In this document: in pieces, positions 28,820-41,672 of the stretch
How positions within the stretch are numbered: the stretch's first letter is position 1
Layout of the letters: the number at the start of each line of letters is the position of its first letter
Source: the human T2T-CHM13v2.0 reference genome, Homo sapiens
DNA: 64,000 bases
Reading direction: 5' to 3' (one strand)
NCBI RefSeq assembly: GCF_009914755.1
Contig: NC_060933.1
The notes under the pieces: generated by a model
Told to the model about the DNA's origin: nothing
The model's database searches: none
What the model saw: the letters and a program-made list of their open reading frames with translations, nothing else
Translations under genes and position numbers: made by a program

Positions 28820-29130
28820 CCTCAGGTGTTTCTGTACTGAGTCAGCAACCAGTTACCCAGCCTCTCCTCTGCCAACTGCTGGGGCCATGGAGAGAGTGGT
28901 TTAGTCTCTACCCTCAAGGACATTTCCATGTTCAAGGAGAAGAAGACACATGAATTAGAGACAGCACGGGGGAGCAGGCTGTGGAGCTGGGAGTGACGGG
29001 GTGAGTCCAGGAAGGCTGCCTGGAGGAGATGCCCAGGAGAGAAGTTTGCTGGGAGGCAGCTCATTTCCGGCAGGAGGAGCAGAGCCTGCCAAGGCCTCGA
29101 GGTGAGAGCAAGATCATTTCCCAGGCAGGC
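28820..29130 (-). mobile_element. L2 relic overlapping the NEK6 long-isoform exon
   Basis: tctctaccctcaagga, ggaaggctgcctggaggagatg and atttccggcaggaggagcagagcctgccaaggcctcgaggtgaga resemble successive blocks of reverse L2 3' sequence in the expected order. Confidence 0.6.
29029..29101 (+). CDS. NEK6: NEK6 alternative 5' coding exon (MPRREVCWEAAHFRQEEQSLPRPR + G); 34-aa extension (347-aa isoform)
   Basis: ATG at 29029, 24 codons + 1 nt, donor GAG|GTGAGA at 29101/29102. In frame through the 29-nt 5' part of exon 2 (73+29=102 nt). Matches the recognised N-terminus of the long NEK6 isoform. Confidence 0.85.
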
Positions 29131-30170
29131 AGGGGTCTCTGGGATGGTGGGCCTGCTAGCGGGCCTGGGACTCCTAGAGTGAGACCGCAGCTCTCCCCAG
29201 CTGCATTGTGGTCACCAAGGATCACCTCAGGCAAATGATTAAAATGCAGACTTTGGAGAGGGTTGGATCTGAGTTCAAAAACAGGCCATGCTGCTTATCA
29301 GCTGCATGAGCTCGACAAGTCATTTAACTTCTCTGCACCTCAGTTTCTTCATCTGTAAAAGTGAAGGGCTTGCAGACCTCACAGCAGGGATGTGCTGAGC
29401 TGCTGCCTGCAGTGCCCGACACAGAGGAAGCACTCAGCAGATCTCAGCTTCATCTTCAGGGAGGCTGGGAGCGGACCCAGCCTTGACCAGGTCCCAGAGT
29501 CAAGAATCTTCTGGGCAGAAGCCAAATGCTTTGTTGCTCCTTTAACTGAGAGACAAGATGTTTACAGCTTCTGCATTTTTTTTCTTCCAGAATTGGGTTT
29601 TATTACCTGAGGAGGAAGTGAAAGGTGATTGGGATGCTCCTCGATTTTCAAAAAGGCCCTGGGAACCCTGCAGTGTGCGGCCCAGTTGGTTTTGAATCTC
29701 CAGTGACTTTTGTCTGATCTGTGACCACAGGGATGCTGAGCCCTCAGCAGAGGTTTCTTGGGGTTGCAGGAGGGTGGGAAGAGCCCCCTCCACCTACTAG
29801 TCAGAGATTCATTCTGCCAACGCCCCCTGGGTGGCCCTCTTTTCACCGGGCCTGGGTGAGGCACTGGAGGTTTACAGATGACCGCGAAGGTCAGTCCCTG
29901 CCCTTAAAGGCTGGCAGAGGAGGCAGACATGCTGACAAAGGAAGCAGTTTGTGTCCTCAACAGCCCACCTTCAGGGAGAAACCTGTGTAGATGCCACCAG
30001 ATGGGAAAGGGAAGAAGGGGCCTTGGTGCCCCCTGGCTGCCCACTGTGTGCTCACAGAGTCCTCGCAGCCTCCCTGCAAGCTTGGGCTGTTCCTTTTTGT
30101 GGATGGGGACGTTTAAGGCTCAGGGAGGGGACGGGACTTCCCCAAGGTCCCACAAGAAGTGCCAAGACTA

Positions 30171-30593
<423 letters not shown>

Positions 30594-31836
30594 GTGCCGA
30601 GATGAAGGAGGGTCGAGAGATCTGGTCCTGGCAGACAAGTGGGACTTTGCCCATTGAGAGGCACCGATGGGTCTTTAGTCCAAGGCTGGTGCATGGAATG
30701 ACATGGAAGGACCAGGGTGCTGTGTTGCTGGGGAGGGGGACCGCTCATTTAATATGGCTGCACGCAAGGCCTGGGGGATGTTGGGGGCAAATGCATGAGG
30801 GCAGGCTCGTGTCAGGTGGTCAGGGAATGGCTTGCTCCGGTGTGCGGACCTTTTGCTGTGGAGTTTCAGGAGAGATTGGCAGGTTCAGGCTTGTGTGTTA
30901 GGAAAACCTTTCCATGGTGGGCTGGAGGCTGGGCTGCAGGGGAGTGTGGAGGCTGAAGGTAACTGTAGGGACCCAATGAGAAGGGACAAGGCCAGCACAG
31001 AGTGGAGGCCCTGGGGTGAGTGAAGACATTTGGAGGAAGAATGGTTGGGACTGGATGAAGACCAGGTGTGGGTCCTGGGGGAGGGCGAGGCATCCGGAGG
31101 CTACAGCAGCCCTGTTTCTGGGTGGGCACCGTGTGGCCCCCAATCAGCTGGCCTCCTGATGCTGCAGGCCCACCCTGGGGGAGGCCCCACCACCCTGAGG
31201 AAGGGGGCAGCGGGGAACCTGTCTGCATGGCCACCTTCCAGGAGTGGCTCATGGTCCTGCATCCCTGCACCTTAGAGCAGCCAGGCTTCCGCTGTCATGG
31301 AGCTGCAGAATCCGGGCAGGATGCTTGGCTTTGCAGGTGGAGAGCTGGGGCGAGCGTGAGGGAACACAGGACCCGGCCGGAAACCAGACTCCATCTGTGG
31401 CTTGTCCCCTCCAGCTTGACAGGCCCCCATGACTCTGGCCTGAGATCGGGCTGCTTCCTGTCAAGTGATGAATGGGCAACGTCTGCTTATCCTGAGACCA
31501 GACAAGAAGCGGGGCTGGGGCTGGGGAAGGGCCCAGCAGCCAGAGCCACAGCTCTGGGCCAGTATTCATTCAGTCAGTCATTTATTCACACCCTCTTCCA
31601 AGGCAGTTTGGACCAAGGCAGACTTGGTTTCGAGTGTCAGTTCTGCCTGCCGCCTGCTGTGTGACCTGGCACCCGTCACTCAACCTGTCTGAACTTTGGT
31701 TTCTCTTCTGAACAGTGTGGATCATAGCAGGGCCCGTCTAGGGGTCTGTAAGTGTGAACGAGGTATGAGCGGCACTGGGCACCTGCCTGGCGCATGTGTG
31801 GTGCATGCTCTGTTGGCGGGGGCTGTTATTCTGGTG

Positions 31837-31952
31837 CTCCCTGCCAGCCAGTGTGCCTGGGCGTGGCATTCCTTACAGCCCCTGGGCTTGCGCTGAGTTT
31901 CTTTCTGTAATTGCTCAGTCTGGCTGGTCTGAGAAGCAGGTTCAAATGGCAG
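31837..31952 (+). repeat. Donor copy of a 116-bp direct repeat (other copy 30372-30487)
   Basis: Ungapped hand alignment, 108/116 identical, offset 1465 bp. Confidence 0.95.
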
Positions 31953-34900
31953 CTCTCTCCACTGTGTGGACTCAACTTTGGCAAGCCATGTTTCTCCATG
32001 GAGCCTTAGTTTCCTCATCAACAAAACAAGGGTGATGGTACTTTGCAGGTGTCTTGGGAGATGCCGTTTCACCCGTGGATGTTGGCTGATGTTGAAGTTG
32101 GTCCGGCCTTGACCCAGCCAGTGGCCAGTGCAGTGAGCTGTCCTTGCCGGGCCTCCGATCTTCAGCTCCCTGGGGCATGTGTCGGGCAGTGGAGCCTCTG
32201 CAGGCTGGCTGAAGGCCCCAGGCAGTGGGCATCCATCCTCGGCTTCTGCCACCAGGAGCCAGCTGGACCAACAGACATCACCCCTGGTGCTGGCACTGGT
32301 GCTGCCAGTACCATTCGCTCGGGGCGGAGAGAAAGCTGTGTGTGCCTGAGTGTGAAGCCACAGGGACGGCTTCCTGCTTTAGGGAAAACAACCTGTGAAG
32401 CTGTGCCCTCGGCTGGAGGCACAGAGGAGGGGCCTTGCTCAGGGAAACTGGAGAGGGGAGTACAGTGTCTGGCCAAGGCTGACCTCCAAGGCCAGGAGTG
32501 GGTTCTCCCTGGGCTTGGCAACACCTGTCAGTCTGGGAGCCACAACTGCCTTTGCCACGTCTACCCTCTGCTTCAGTGGACAGAACGAGCCTGGTGGACA
32601 TTAGATGACCCCTGATCATGCCTGTGCACGTGCACACACAGGAGCAGAAGAGGCAGGCAGGACACACACCGTTACCACCTCCAGGGTTCAGAGCAAGGAG
32701 AGGTGTAAGATCCAGTATATGAATGCACTTCCATGCATGGACCCCAGTACACATGGACCCTTGCAAGCTCATGCCCCCAAACCTGCTCCAAGCAGGGTCC
32801 TTGGACAGAGCCCTCCTGGTGTCTGAGGTCGTGCTTCACTGGCCGGGCCACGATGAGCCACCAGTCTCCATGAAGTGTGGCATTTGACAGGAGGCACAGG
32901 AATGACTTCCCCCTAGGTGAAGTTTCCAAAAATTCAGAGGCAAGGGCCCAATGACAGCCTTGGTCAGAAAGGCCACTTGGAACCTCAGAGCCAGCCCATT
33001 ACAGCAGCCGATCCCTTCCAGCAGGTGCCTGGATTAAAACCAAGCGCTCATGTCTCCCTAGGGTCACAGCCCACATTAGTGAGAGCCTCATCCATGGCCG
33101 GGCAGGGTGCGGCACAGCAGCTGGCTTTGCAGAGGCAGCCACGGCTCACGTAGATGATGAAGACGTTTGCTCCAGAGCAGTCCTAAAGAGGCCATGCTGC
33201 GTAGGACATAGAGCAGCAATCTTGGGTCCAACAGCCCCAGCTGTGTCATTTACCAGCTGTGTTACCTGGGGCAGGGATGACCCTGGGCAAGTCCCTGCCT
33301 CAGGCCCCATGTCTGTCACATGGAGGTGATCACGCCTCCATTGTACAAGTGAGGGTTAGCTTCAATAGCTAAATAGCCTCATAGCTAAAGCCTCAGAGGT
33401 CCCTTCCCATGTGCCAGGCTCTGTGCTAAGGAGTTTACAGTGACCCTAAGAGGAAGATCTGACTGTTAGCCCATTTTCCAGATGAAGAAACTGAGACGCA
33501 GCATGGTTAGATGAAACCGGGCCAGGACCTGGACTCCTGCAGTCCAGCTCCCCGCCAGCCTCACTGAACCCTGAGGCTTCTCCCAATCTGGTCCCTCGGT
33601 GCCTGGGGACACACAGCACACGGCAGCCTAAAGCCAGGAACCTGAGCTGGGAAGCCTCACTGTGCAGCTATCCACAGTGTTTTGCAAATGTAGGGCCCTT
33701 GCTTGAGGCAGAAGAAAAGCCCTCTTTGAGGTGGTGTTCAGTGTGGCCTGCAGCTCTGGGTCTTGCATTCCATGGATTTTTGGCCCCTGACTTGGGCTTG
33801 GCAGCTACTACCTCATTGTTCTGCAACTTGGCAGGAGCCGCGGGATCCCGGGGACGGGCAGTCCTCAGTGTTACCCCGAGGTGCCTGCACGCATGTGCTA
33901 AGGGTCTTTTCCCTGCTCCGTGTGGCTCGTCCTTCCACGTCCCCTTTGCCTTGGCCTTTCTGCATCTGAACCCCCTAAGAAGCAGTTTCTGACAGGAATT
34001 TCCAGAGCACAGGGCTTGGGTTTCTGTTGGGGTGTGGACCAATAGAACAAAATGCCCTAAAATCCAATACCCATGGAGAGCCCCAAGAGGCAGTAGATTC
34101 CTTGGAACAAAGAGGGAGTTTAGAGTCACTGAGATCTGGATTTGAATCCTTTCTCTGCAGCTTATCAGCCTAATGGCATCGAGCCTCTTCCTCTGAGCCT
34201 CGGTTTCCCCATCTATAAAATGGGTCTACCAATAGCCCCGAGGGTGAATGGGAAAGACCTGGCCCACAGGAACCCTCATCCCTTCCTTTCTCCCTTCCTC
34301 CTTCCCCCTCGCGCCTCCCCACCTCCTTCCCCTCAGCAGGGACCCTCTCTGGCTCTCGGTGGGTAGGGGCTTGCAGAGTCCTCCGTGGCTGCTGCTTTCC
34401 TAGAACAGGGAACATCAACACCTGCCGGCTCCTCCCTGGAGGCTAACGGTGCCGCAGGTTCCATTAGGTTCTGAACAGAGCAGCTCGTAATGACTGGGGT
34501 TTGGCAGCAAAGGCACCACTGGGGTAGACAGTGGTGCTGCATCAGCTTGCTGTGGTCAGTGGGGCAGAGTCTCCGGGGGCTCCTGCCCCTGGGGACCCTG
34601 TGGAGGAAATGGGCCCTTGTGGTCCGCCAGCCCTGAGATCACCCCTGTGCATCAGCAGCACAGGCCCCATTCTCAAGTGGAGAGAGGGCCCATTCGGGGT
34701 GGAGCCAGCTGGAGAGATGATGGTGTTGCTGTGTAAGAACCTGTGGGGAGTGCAGTACCGTAGTTTTGGACAAATATGCAGTTGTTGGTTCAAATCCTGG
34801 CTCCTTTTGTCTGTGATCCTTGGGACCCGGGCAAATCTCTTAACCTCTTCGTGCCTCAGTTTTCTCATCTGTGAAATGGGACCATAATAGACCTTACCTC

Positions 34901-37900
34901 ATGGAGTTGTTGACAAAATGAGATGGGCTAATAGAGGTGAAGAGCGTAGGGCAGGGCCCAGCATGATCAGGGCCCTGCAATTATTAGCTCTTATTCCCGG
35001 TCCCCCTTGCACTGCTCCTGGAGCCCTGCCCATGTGAGGCCACAGGTGAGCTCCTGAGAGTGTGCAGACCATGGCATCTGGCTGCAGCTGTTGGAGAATG
35101 CGGTCAGCGCCACGTGGGGAGGGCAGGAATGACATTCCCAAGCACCCGCTAGGCTCCTCCCCAGTGGGATTTGCCCAAGGTCTCAGCTGGTGAGTGACAG
35201 GGTCTAGATTCCACTGCCACAGTTTCCAGTACATGGGAGGCCCCAGGGCAGGTGGGCGGGTAAGCCGATGTGTGCATGGGTCTCGCAGGGGTGACCTGTG
35301 GGCCAAGGCTGGTGCCTTCTGAGATAAAGATGGAACCTTCTCACTGAAGACAGTTCTCCACTCTTTCCCTGGAGGTCTCCCTAAGGGCAGAGGACAGTGA
35401 GCATGTCACCCTGAGGGGTCTAGGGGTGCAGCTGGAAGCAGCTGCAGAGCCTGCAGGAGGCTCAGTTTTATCTTCAAATTCATGCGCATTTTACATTCTG
35501 CTCTCTCTCATATTCCCCCTAACAAAGATGCCTGGGGAAGGTGCTCGTGTTTATCTGTTTATCCTGGGGCTCTTTATACCCTGGGTCTTCCCCTGTGTCA
35601 CCTTGGGATGTCACCTGCGCTCCAGTGCAAGAACTCGGCACAAATGGTGGAGACACCGAGGGTGCCATTTTCCCATCTGCATTTGAGGGCTTGGCAGGGA
35701 GAGCACTGAGCGCTGGGAGACCCAGGTGGGGAGATGAGGCCTGTGCTGAGGCAGAGGCAGGGGTGGGGAGGGAAGAGGCAGGTGCACCCATAATGCCCCT
35801 CCGTGTGACACTGATCTGACAGTGCTCTGTGTGCACAGACTAAAAAGACAACAAGAGACCTACTGACTGATCTGTCCACACTAGGATGAACCACATCAAA
35901 TGGCCAAGTCTGTGGGTCAAAGTTGGTTGAGTTTCTGCAGCTTCCCAAGCAGGAGACTGCATGAGCCAGGCTTGGCAGGACTTGCAGCCAGCGAGGGCCC
36001 CCCTGACCCTGAGTTGGGCGTGTTCTGCAGTCCATACCATCCACTTCCCTGCAGTCTCACATCCTGTCATCTATTTTGAGAGAGCAGGTTTACCCCAGAA
36101 CAGTCTGTGGAAGGTGTGGGGCAGGGAGGAGAGCTGGGCCGCCCTGAGGACACAGAGGGAGAAGGGTGCTGGGAGCCAGCCTGCAAGTTCTGGGGAGCCT
36201 CAGGGTGCCTTTGAGGGCACAACTTGGGAGGCCAAGCTCAGCGGGTGAGTTAGGGTTTGGTGGACATCCTTTGACATGTCAAAGGGTGTCACAGATATCC
36301 CTGGAGCCTGAGAGGTCTGGTCGGCCCACCACTGTGGCTGGAAACAGACTACAGTGGGGAGGAAGGAAGAGTGACTTGCACCCTGAGACACAGTGGCCGG
36401 ACCTCTAGGAGCTGGCTGTGACAGCCCGGAGGGTGTTGATGCCTTTCCCACCTCCTGGAACACCCCCGTGTTAATGGGGGCGTGGGTCTACCTGGGAGGG
36501 AGTGGCAGGGCTGCTGGCCCAGCAGACCGGGGGAAGACTCTTGGTTTGGAATTTGACTGGGGCATAGGTGACCAGGTGAGACAGCAGGAGGCGGGGTCTG
36601 TCTGGAGAGAGATGACGTCTTTGGCTGGGTCCTCCAGAAGCCAAACTTGAGATGGGGATATGTAGGCATGGGATTTATGAAGTGCCCCTGGGAGAACCAC
36701 TCAGGGAGGAGGGAGGGCAAGGCCAGGAATGGGCAGGAGACGGACCAGAGGTTCCTTCTCAGACAAAACCCGCTGACCGCGCCGGGGGCTCTAGGATACG
36801 AGTCACATCTTGGAGGGCCCCGACCTGAGACGGGACTGGCTTTCATTCTCGCCCCCTCAGCTGTTGAATAAGGGCCACCGCAGGGGAGGGGGCTCCATTC
36901 CTCAGGACTTCTGGCTCTCCAGGGGTACAGCTGAGCTGCTCCAGGAGCCTAGGCCAGGCCTCAAGGGGTTCTGCCTAGGATGTGGTCACATGAGAGGTGC
37001 CCCTCGGGACATCCAGGGCTTGTCTGGGAGAAGGAGCAGCAGCCAGAAACAGGGGCCCCATCACATGTGTGATCTAGTCCCTTCCATGCACACCATGTGG
37101 GAGCCCTGGCACACAGGAGGTGCTGCAGAAATGCTTGTGGGGTGAGCGCAGGTCTCTCCTTCTGGGGAGGAGGAGGGCTTTTCCCCTGGCATCAGGAAGC
37201 ATCCCGGTGGCTGGGTCACACAGGTTCTATGCACATAACCTCAGACCCTGCCCCAGAAGCACTTGTCTGATGGGGGAGGCCAGAGGCTAAAATATTGGGG
37301 GAGATGCCCAGATGGCCTTGAGCTCAGGACTGGGCACACAGTGGGTGCTTAACCAGGGGCCTGTGGCTGCTGTGACTACCTATGACCAGCATCTCTGACT
37401 CTCCCAGGGCAGCCCAAGCCCTGGAGGCTGAGGGGGGCTGTTCCTTTGCACAGAGGTCTAAGTAGGACGGCAAACAGGACCTCTTGGCCCTGGCCTTCCC
37501 TGTGTCACACGTGTGGTGCGCCAGGGCCCAGCCAGGACAAGGACGTAGGTTCCTTCCCACAGCAGCTGTCTGCAGCCTGACCCAGGCCTTTCTCTTCTGA
37601 GCACCCAGGCTGCCAGCATGGGTATAGGTGGGGGTGACAATGGGGGATAGGGGTACAGAACTGCTCCCCAAGAAGCAGGGGCAGTGCTGTGGAAAGAACA
37701 AGTCTTTGGACTCCAGCAAATGTGGGGTTGAATCCGGTGTCTTCCTTCCTGGCCTTGGGGGCTGCTGATGGACGTTTCCCTGCCTGGAGCCTCTTCCAGT
37801 GGGGATAATCCTAGTGACTTAGGACAGTCTAACAGAAGGAGACTGTGTCACCCGGGGGTGTCAAGTTGTAGCCCTGCCACTTCGGAGCTGGGTGACCGTG

Positions 37901-38022
37901 GGCAAATTACTGAACGGCTTTGCACCTCAGCTCACGCATCTGTAAAATGGGGTGAGCGAAAGTCCCTCCTCCTTCTGAGGGTCTCAAAGAGAAAGTGAAC
38001 AGGCCGCTGTTTTCTGTTGCAG

Positions 38023-38051
38023 TTCGTGCCCTCGTGAGGCTGGCATGCAGG
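38023..38051 (+). other. NEK6: NEK6 exon 2 5' portion (5'UTR in the short isoform, coding in long isoforms)
   Basis: Acceptor tgttttctgttgcAG at 38021-38022, followed by 29 nt with no in-frame stop before the ATG at 38052. Confidence 0.9.
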
Positions 38052-38141
38052 ATGGCAGGACAGCCCGGCCACATGCCCCATGGAGGGAGTTCCAACAACC
38101 TCTGCCACACCCTGGGGCCTGTGCATCCTCCTGACCCACAG
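38052..38141 (+). CDS. NEK6: NEK6 coding exon 2, aa 1-30 (MAGQPGHMPHGGSSNNLCHTLGPVHPPDPQ)
   Basis: Strong Kozak aggATGg; donor CAG|GTAAGC; translation is the recognised NEK6 N-terminus. Confidence 0.97.
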
Positions 38142-38254
38142 GTAAGCCCCTTACCTTTGTCTGCAGCACACTGAAGAGTTCCCAAGGAATACGGATCCCT
38201 GAGCCTCCTTTGTCCAAACTCCTACTGGTGGAAACCCTTCAGCTCCCTGAAACA

Positions 38255-38400
38255 GAACCTCTTGAATGCTTCCAGTGATGGGGAGCTCGCTACCAAATCT
38301 AGTGAGCTCATCGTTGAATTCAGTAATACTCAGAGAAGCCTCCTCTGCCAAGCTCTAGGCTGGGACCCTGCACCCTGATCCTGCCCCTGGAGTGTTCCAA
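38255..38400. mobile_element. Possible L3/CR1 relic just downstream of exon 2
   Basis: ttgaatgcttccagtgatggggagctcgctacc resembles the L3 core. Confidence 0.4.
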
Positions 38401-39884
38401 GTGGATGGAACAGCTTTATCTCAGGGATCAGCATGGTTGGAAGGGTACAGAGGGTGCTGTGGAGGCCCTGAGAACAGCGAGGGACTCAGAGGAATGGGCT
38501 GACTGTACTGTGGGTCAGAAAATTCTTTCTTACAGTGAGCCAACATTGCCTCCCATTTTGGTCTTAACTGTGTTTCAGCCCCCTTCAGCCTCTTCTAGAA
38601 CCAGCAGAGTTTGGGAGAACACTGGCTTCTTAACGCCTGCCTCTCGCTCTCTCTAGATACCTTGGAGAGCCAGGCAGCCTTCAGCAGCTTTTCTGAAGGT
38701 GACTTGTAGGTTTCTGAACTGCCTTGTGTACCCCATGCTGCCCGGGCCTGGCACGCCCTCTCTGACCCCTCTTCCAAGTCAGTGCAAATGCTGCTCCCTC
38801 TGGGGAGACCTCCACTTCCACCCTGCTCTCTGCTCTGGGCTGCCCGCACACCTGTGTCCACACACCTGGGTGATGCCCGTGATCACATCTCACTGGGGCA
38901 CTAGTTCCTGGGTCTGCCTCACTTTCTAGATGGAGAGCTCCCCTGGAGCAGGGCTTTGCTGGTGGGACAATCCCACACCGGGCACAGAGGGGCCCCGCGT
39001 GCTCGCTGAGTTAAGGAACTGTGCATGTGTGTGCTGTGTACCCACTTGGGACGGGGCTGTGTGGAAAACACTCAGGTCTGCTCTTACGGAGCACACAGCC
39101 TCATGGGAGAGAAAGATAAGGAGCTGAGCAGAAGAACCTTGCGGGCCTAGGGAGCCCAGCAAGGCACCTGATCCGGGGCCAGAGAGGCTTCCTCATGGAA
39201 GTGGCATGCAAAGGCCTGGAGGGGACAGAGAGCTTGTCTGGGCAGGTTGAGCAGAGCCAGATCCTGTAGGGTCCTGTGGCCAGCTTAGAATGATGAAAAG
39301 TTCTCTTATATGGTGTTGGCTTTTTCTCCAAAGGATGTGAGACCTAAATTCAGGGGAGGTTCAGAGATAGCCACCCTCCTGAGCCATGGAGGGCTTGATT
39401 ACAGCTTCTAACTGCCTAATCCCTCTTGGAAGACTTCAGATTGGCTGATGTTTGACCTCAATGGCAAGGTTGCCATGTACAGTTGTACAGGTTATGCACT
39501 GCACAAAGCTTCTGGGCTAAGGAGGCAGGTAGGTCTGAAATCCTTCTCCTGTGCTTGCATTATCACCAAGCCATGCTCCCTGGTGGACAGCTGCATCAGC
39601 CCAAGGAGGGCGGTGATGCTGCAGATTGACACAGAGGCGACACGTTGAGCTTAGTGGACACTATGTTTGTGTGTGTATCTGGTGGGGGTGTGTGTATATG
39701 CATACACACAAGCATGCAGAGGGTCCATGGGGCATCTATGCTATTTGTACTCATGCAGGGGCCCATTTCCTAGGTAGAATTTGGGGAGGCAGATCCCAGA
39801 AAGCTGGGAAGCCCCAGGACACTGTGGGTCCAGAGTCTACCAGGACATGGTGCTGATGGCTGGGGGCAGCAGGGCCTCCTCGGG

Positions 39885-40135
39885 TAATGTAGCAATTTGT
39901 CATATTAAGTCATTCACTAACAATTGAATCCCCCTTGATTAATCTCCCAGAATTAGCCAGTTGCATTTTGAGCAATTAGGGTTAATTACAACCTCATTTG
40001 GCAGAGGAGAGGGCCCTGTAATTATTTCATGAGCAAGGTGAAGAGGCGGTGGGCTGCAGTGGCAGCGTTCACGACGTCTCATCGTTCATGTTGGAGAGGG
40101 TAATGACATAGTTAAGTGTAATTAGTTACGATTAC
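39885..40135. promoter_or_regulatory. Candidate homeodomain/SOX-motif enhancer
   Basis: AT-rich non-repeat island with TAATTA x3, CAATTA, TGATTAAT and AACAAT motifs. Confidence 0.45.
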
Positions 40136-41359
40136 TCGGAGCTGGGCTGCTCTGGGCAGCGGCTGTCGGGCAACGATGCCCCCAGTCCCACCAGCATCTG
40201 GCTGGGTTTGCAGAATGGGGGCGCAAGGCCACCCATGTGCCGTGCCGGCTCCAGGTTGGGATGGGAAAGGGGGACTTTCTCCTCGGCTCCTGAAGCCTTG
40301 GGGATTTAAACACTGTCTGGGGAGACATCCCAGCCGTGTCTCGCCTGTTTCAGGACATAGAAGCACCTGGAATTAATGGGCCAGGCATTTTCCTTGATAG
40401 CAGGAGGCACCGCTGCTTCCCTGAAACCATCCTCAGAGGAAGGAGCCAGGCTAAGAATGCTTTGATGTGGGCCAGGCTGTTTCCGCACCCAGCTCTCCGT
40501 CTCTCATTAGCCGGGTGAGACTAGGAAAGCAACCTCTCTGAGCCTCAGTTTCCTCATCTATAAAATGGGATAATAATGCCGCTTCCCTCATGAGGCGGCT
40601 GTGAAGACTAAGTGAGATAGTTACTGTAAACATCCAACACAGCACCTCACATCGTGGGTACTGAGGAAATGGTATGTCATGGATCTTATATTTTAAAAAC
40701 CATTTCTGTTTTCATAGCTAAAGGCCTCCGAGCTGGATAATACCCCCAGTGTAGAAAGAAAGAAACTACAACCACCTGAACTGTGGTTTTTGTTAACCTG
40801 CTATGCCCAAGGCTAGTGGCTTGTTCATTTCAGGAAGCTTTCTAGCCTTGAGAGCCAGCAGCACATGAAAAAATATTTGCTGAAACCGGCAGAACCATAT
40901 ATGAAATTCATATATACTTAGGAAAGCTGAACATACTTACTTTTATAGAGGTTTCTAATGAATGAATGAATGGAATTGAGGAAAGAAGCTTAAAATGCCT
41001 CATGCTTTTTAAATTTTACCAATGTGCTGCAGAGAGCTTTCATTGGGAATGAAGTGTAAGCCTCACCTGACACACTAAGAACCACGTGAATTTCCAAGAA
41101 GGGGAAAGGTATTCTTGCCTGAGAAAGCCCCGGCTAATGTGTCTTCCATCTGGAAAGTCTTTGCAAAGCCAGTTGGGATGTGCCAAGTTCAGTTATATTT
41201 GGGTGCTCTTCCGAGAGAACTTCGCAGGGGATTGGGTCAGCTCTTTCTAGGTGTGCATTGCACAGGCCAAAATCTTTATCAGAATCTTCCCAAAGCAGTG
41301 ATGCTAGTTGGTTAAGGTTTAATGACCAAATATCAATGGCTATTAAAATTCAGTTAGTG

Positions 41360-41672
<313 letters not shown>

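Noticed and set aside
33355-33400. Short repeated tagct/atagc/gcctca units
   Set aside because: Small degenerate duplication at a MIR-MIR junction; not an array.
39462-39620. Possible MER91-like DNA transposon end
   Set aside because: Similarity too short to call with confidence from memory.
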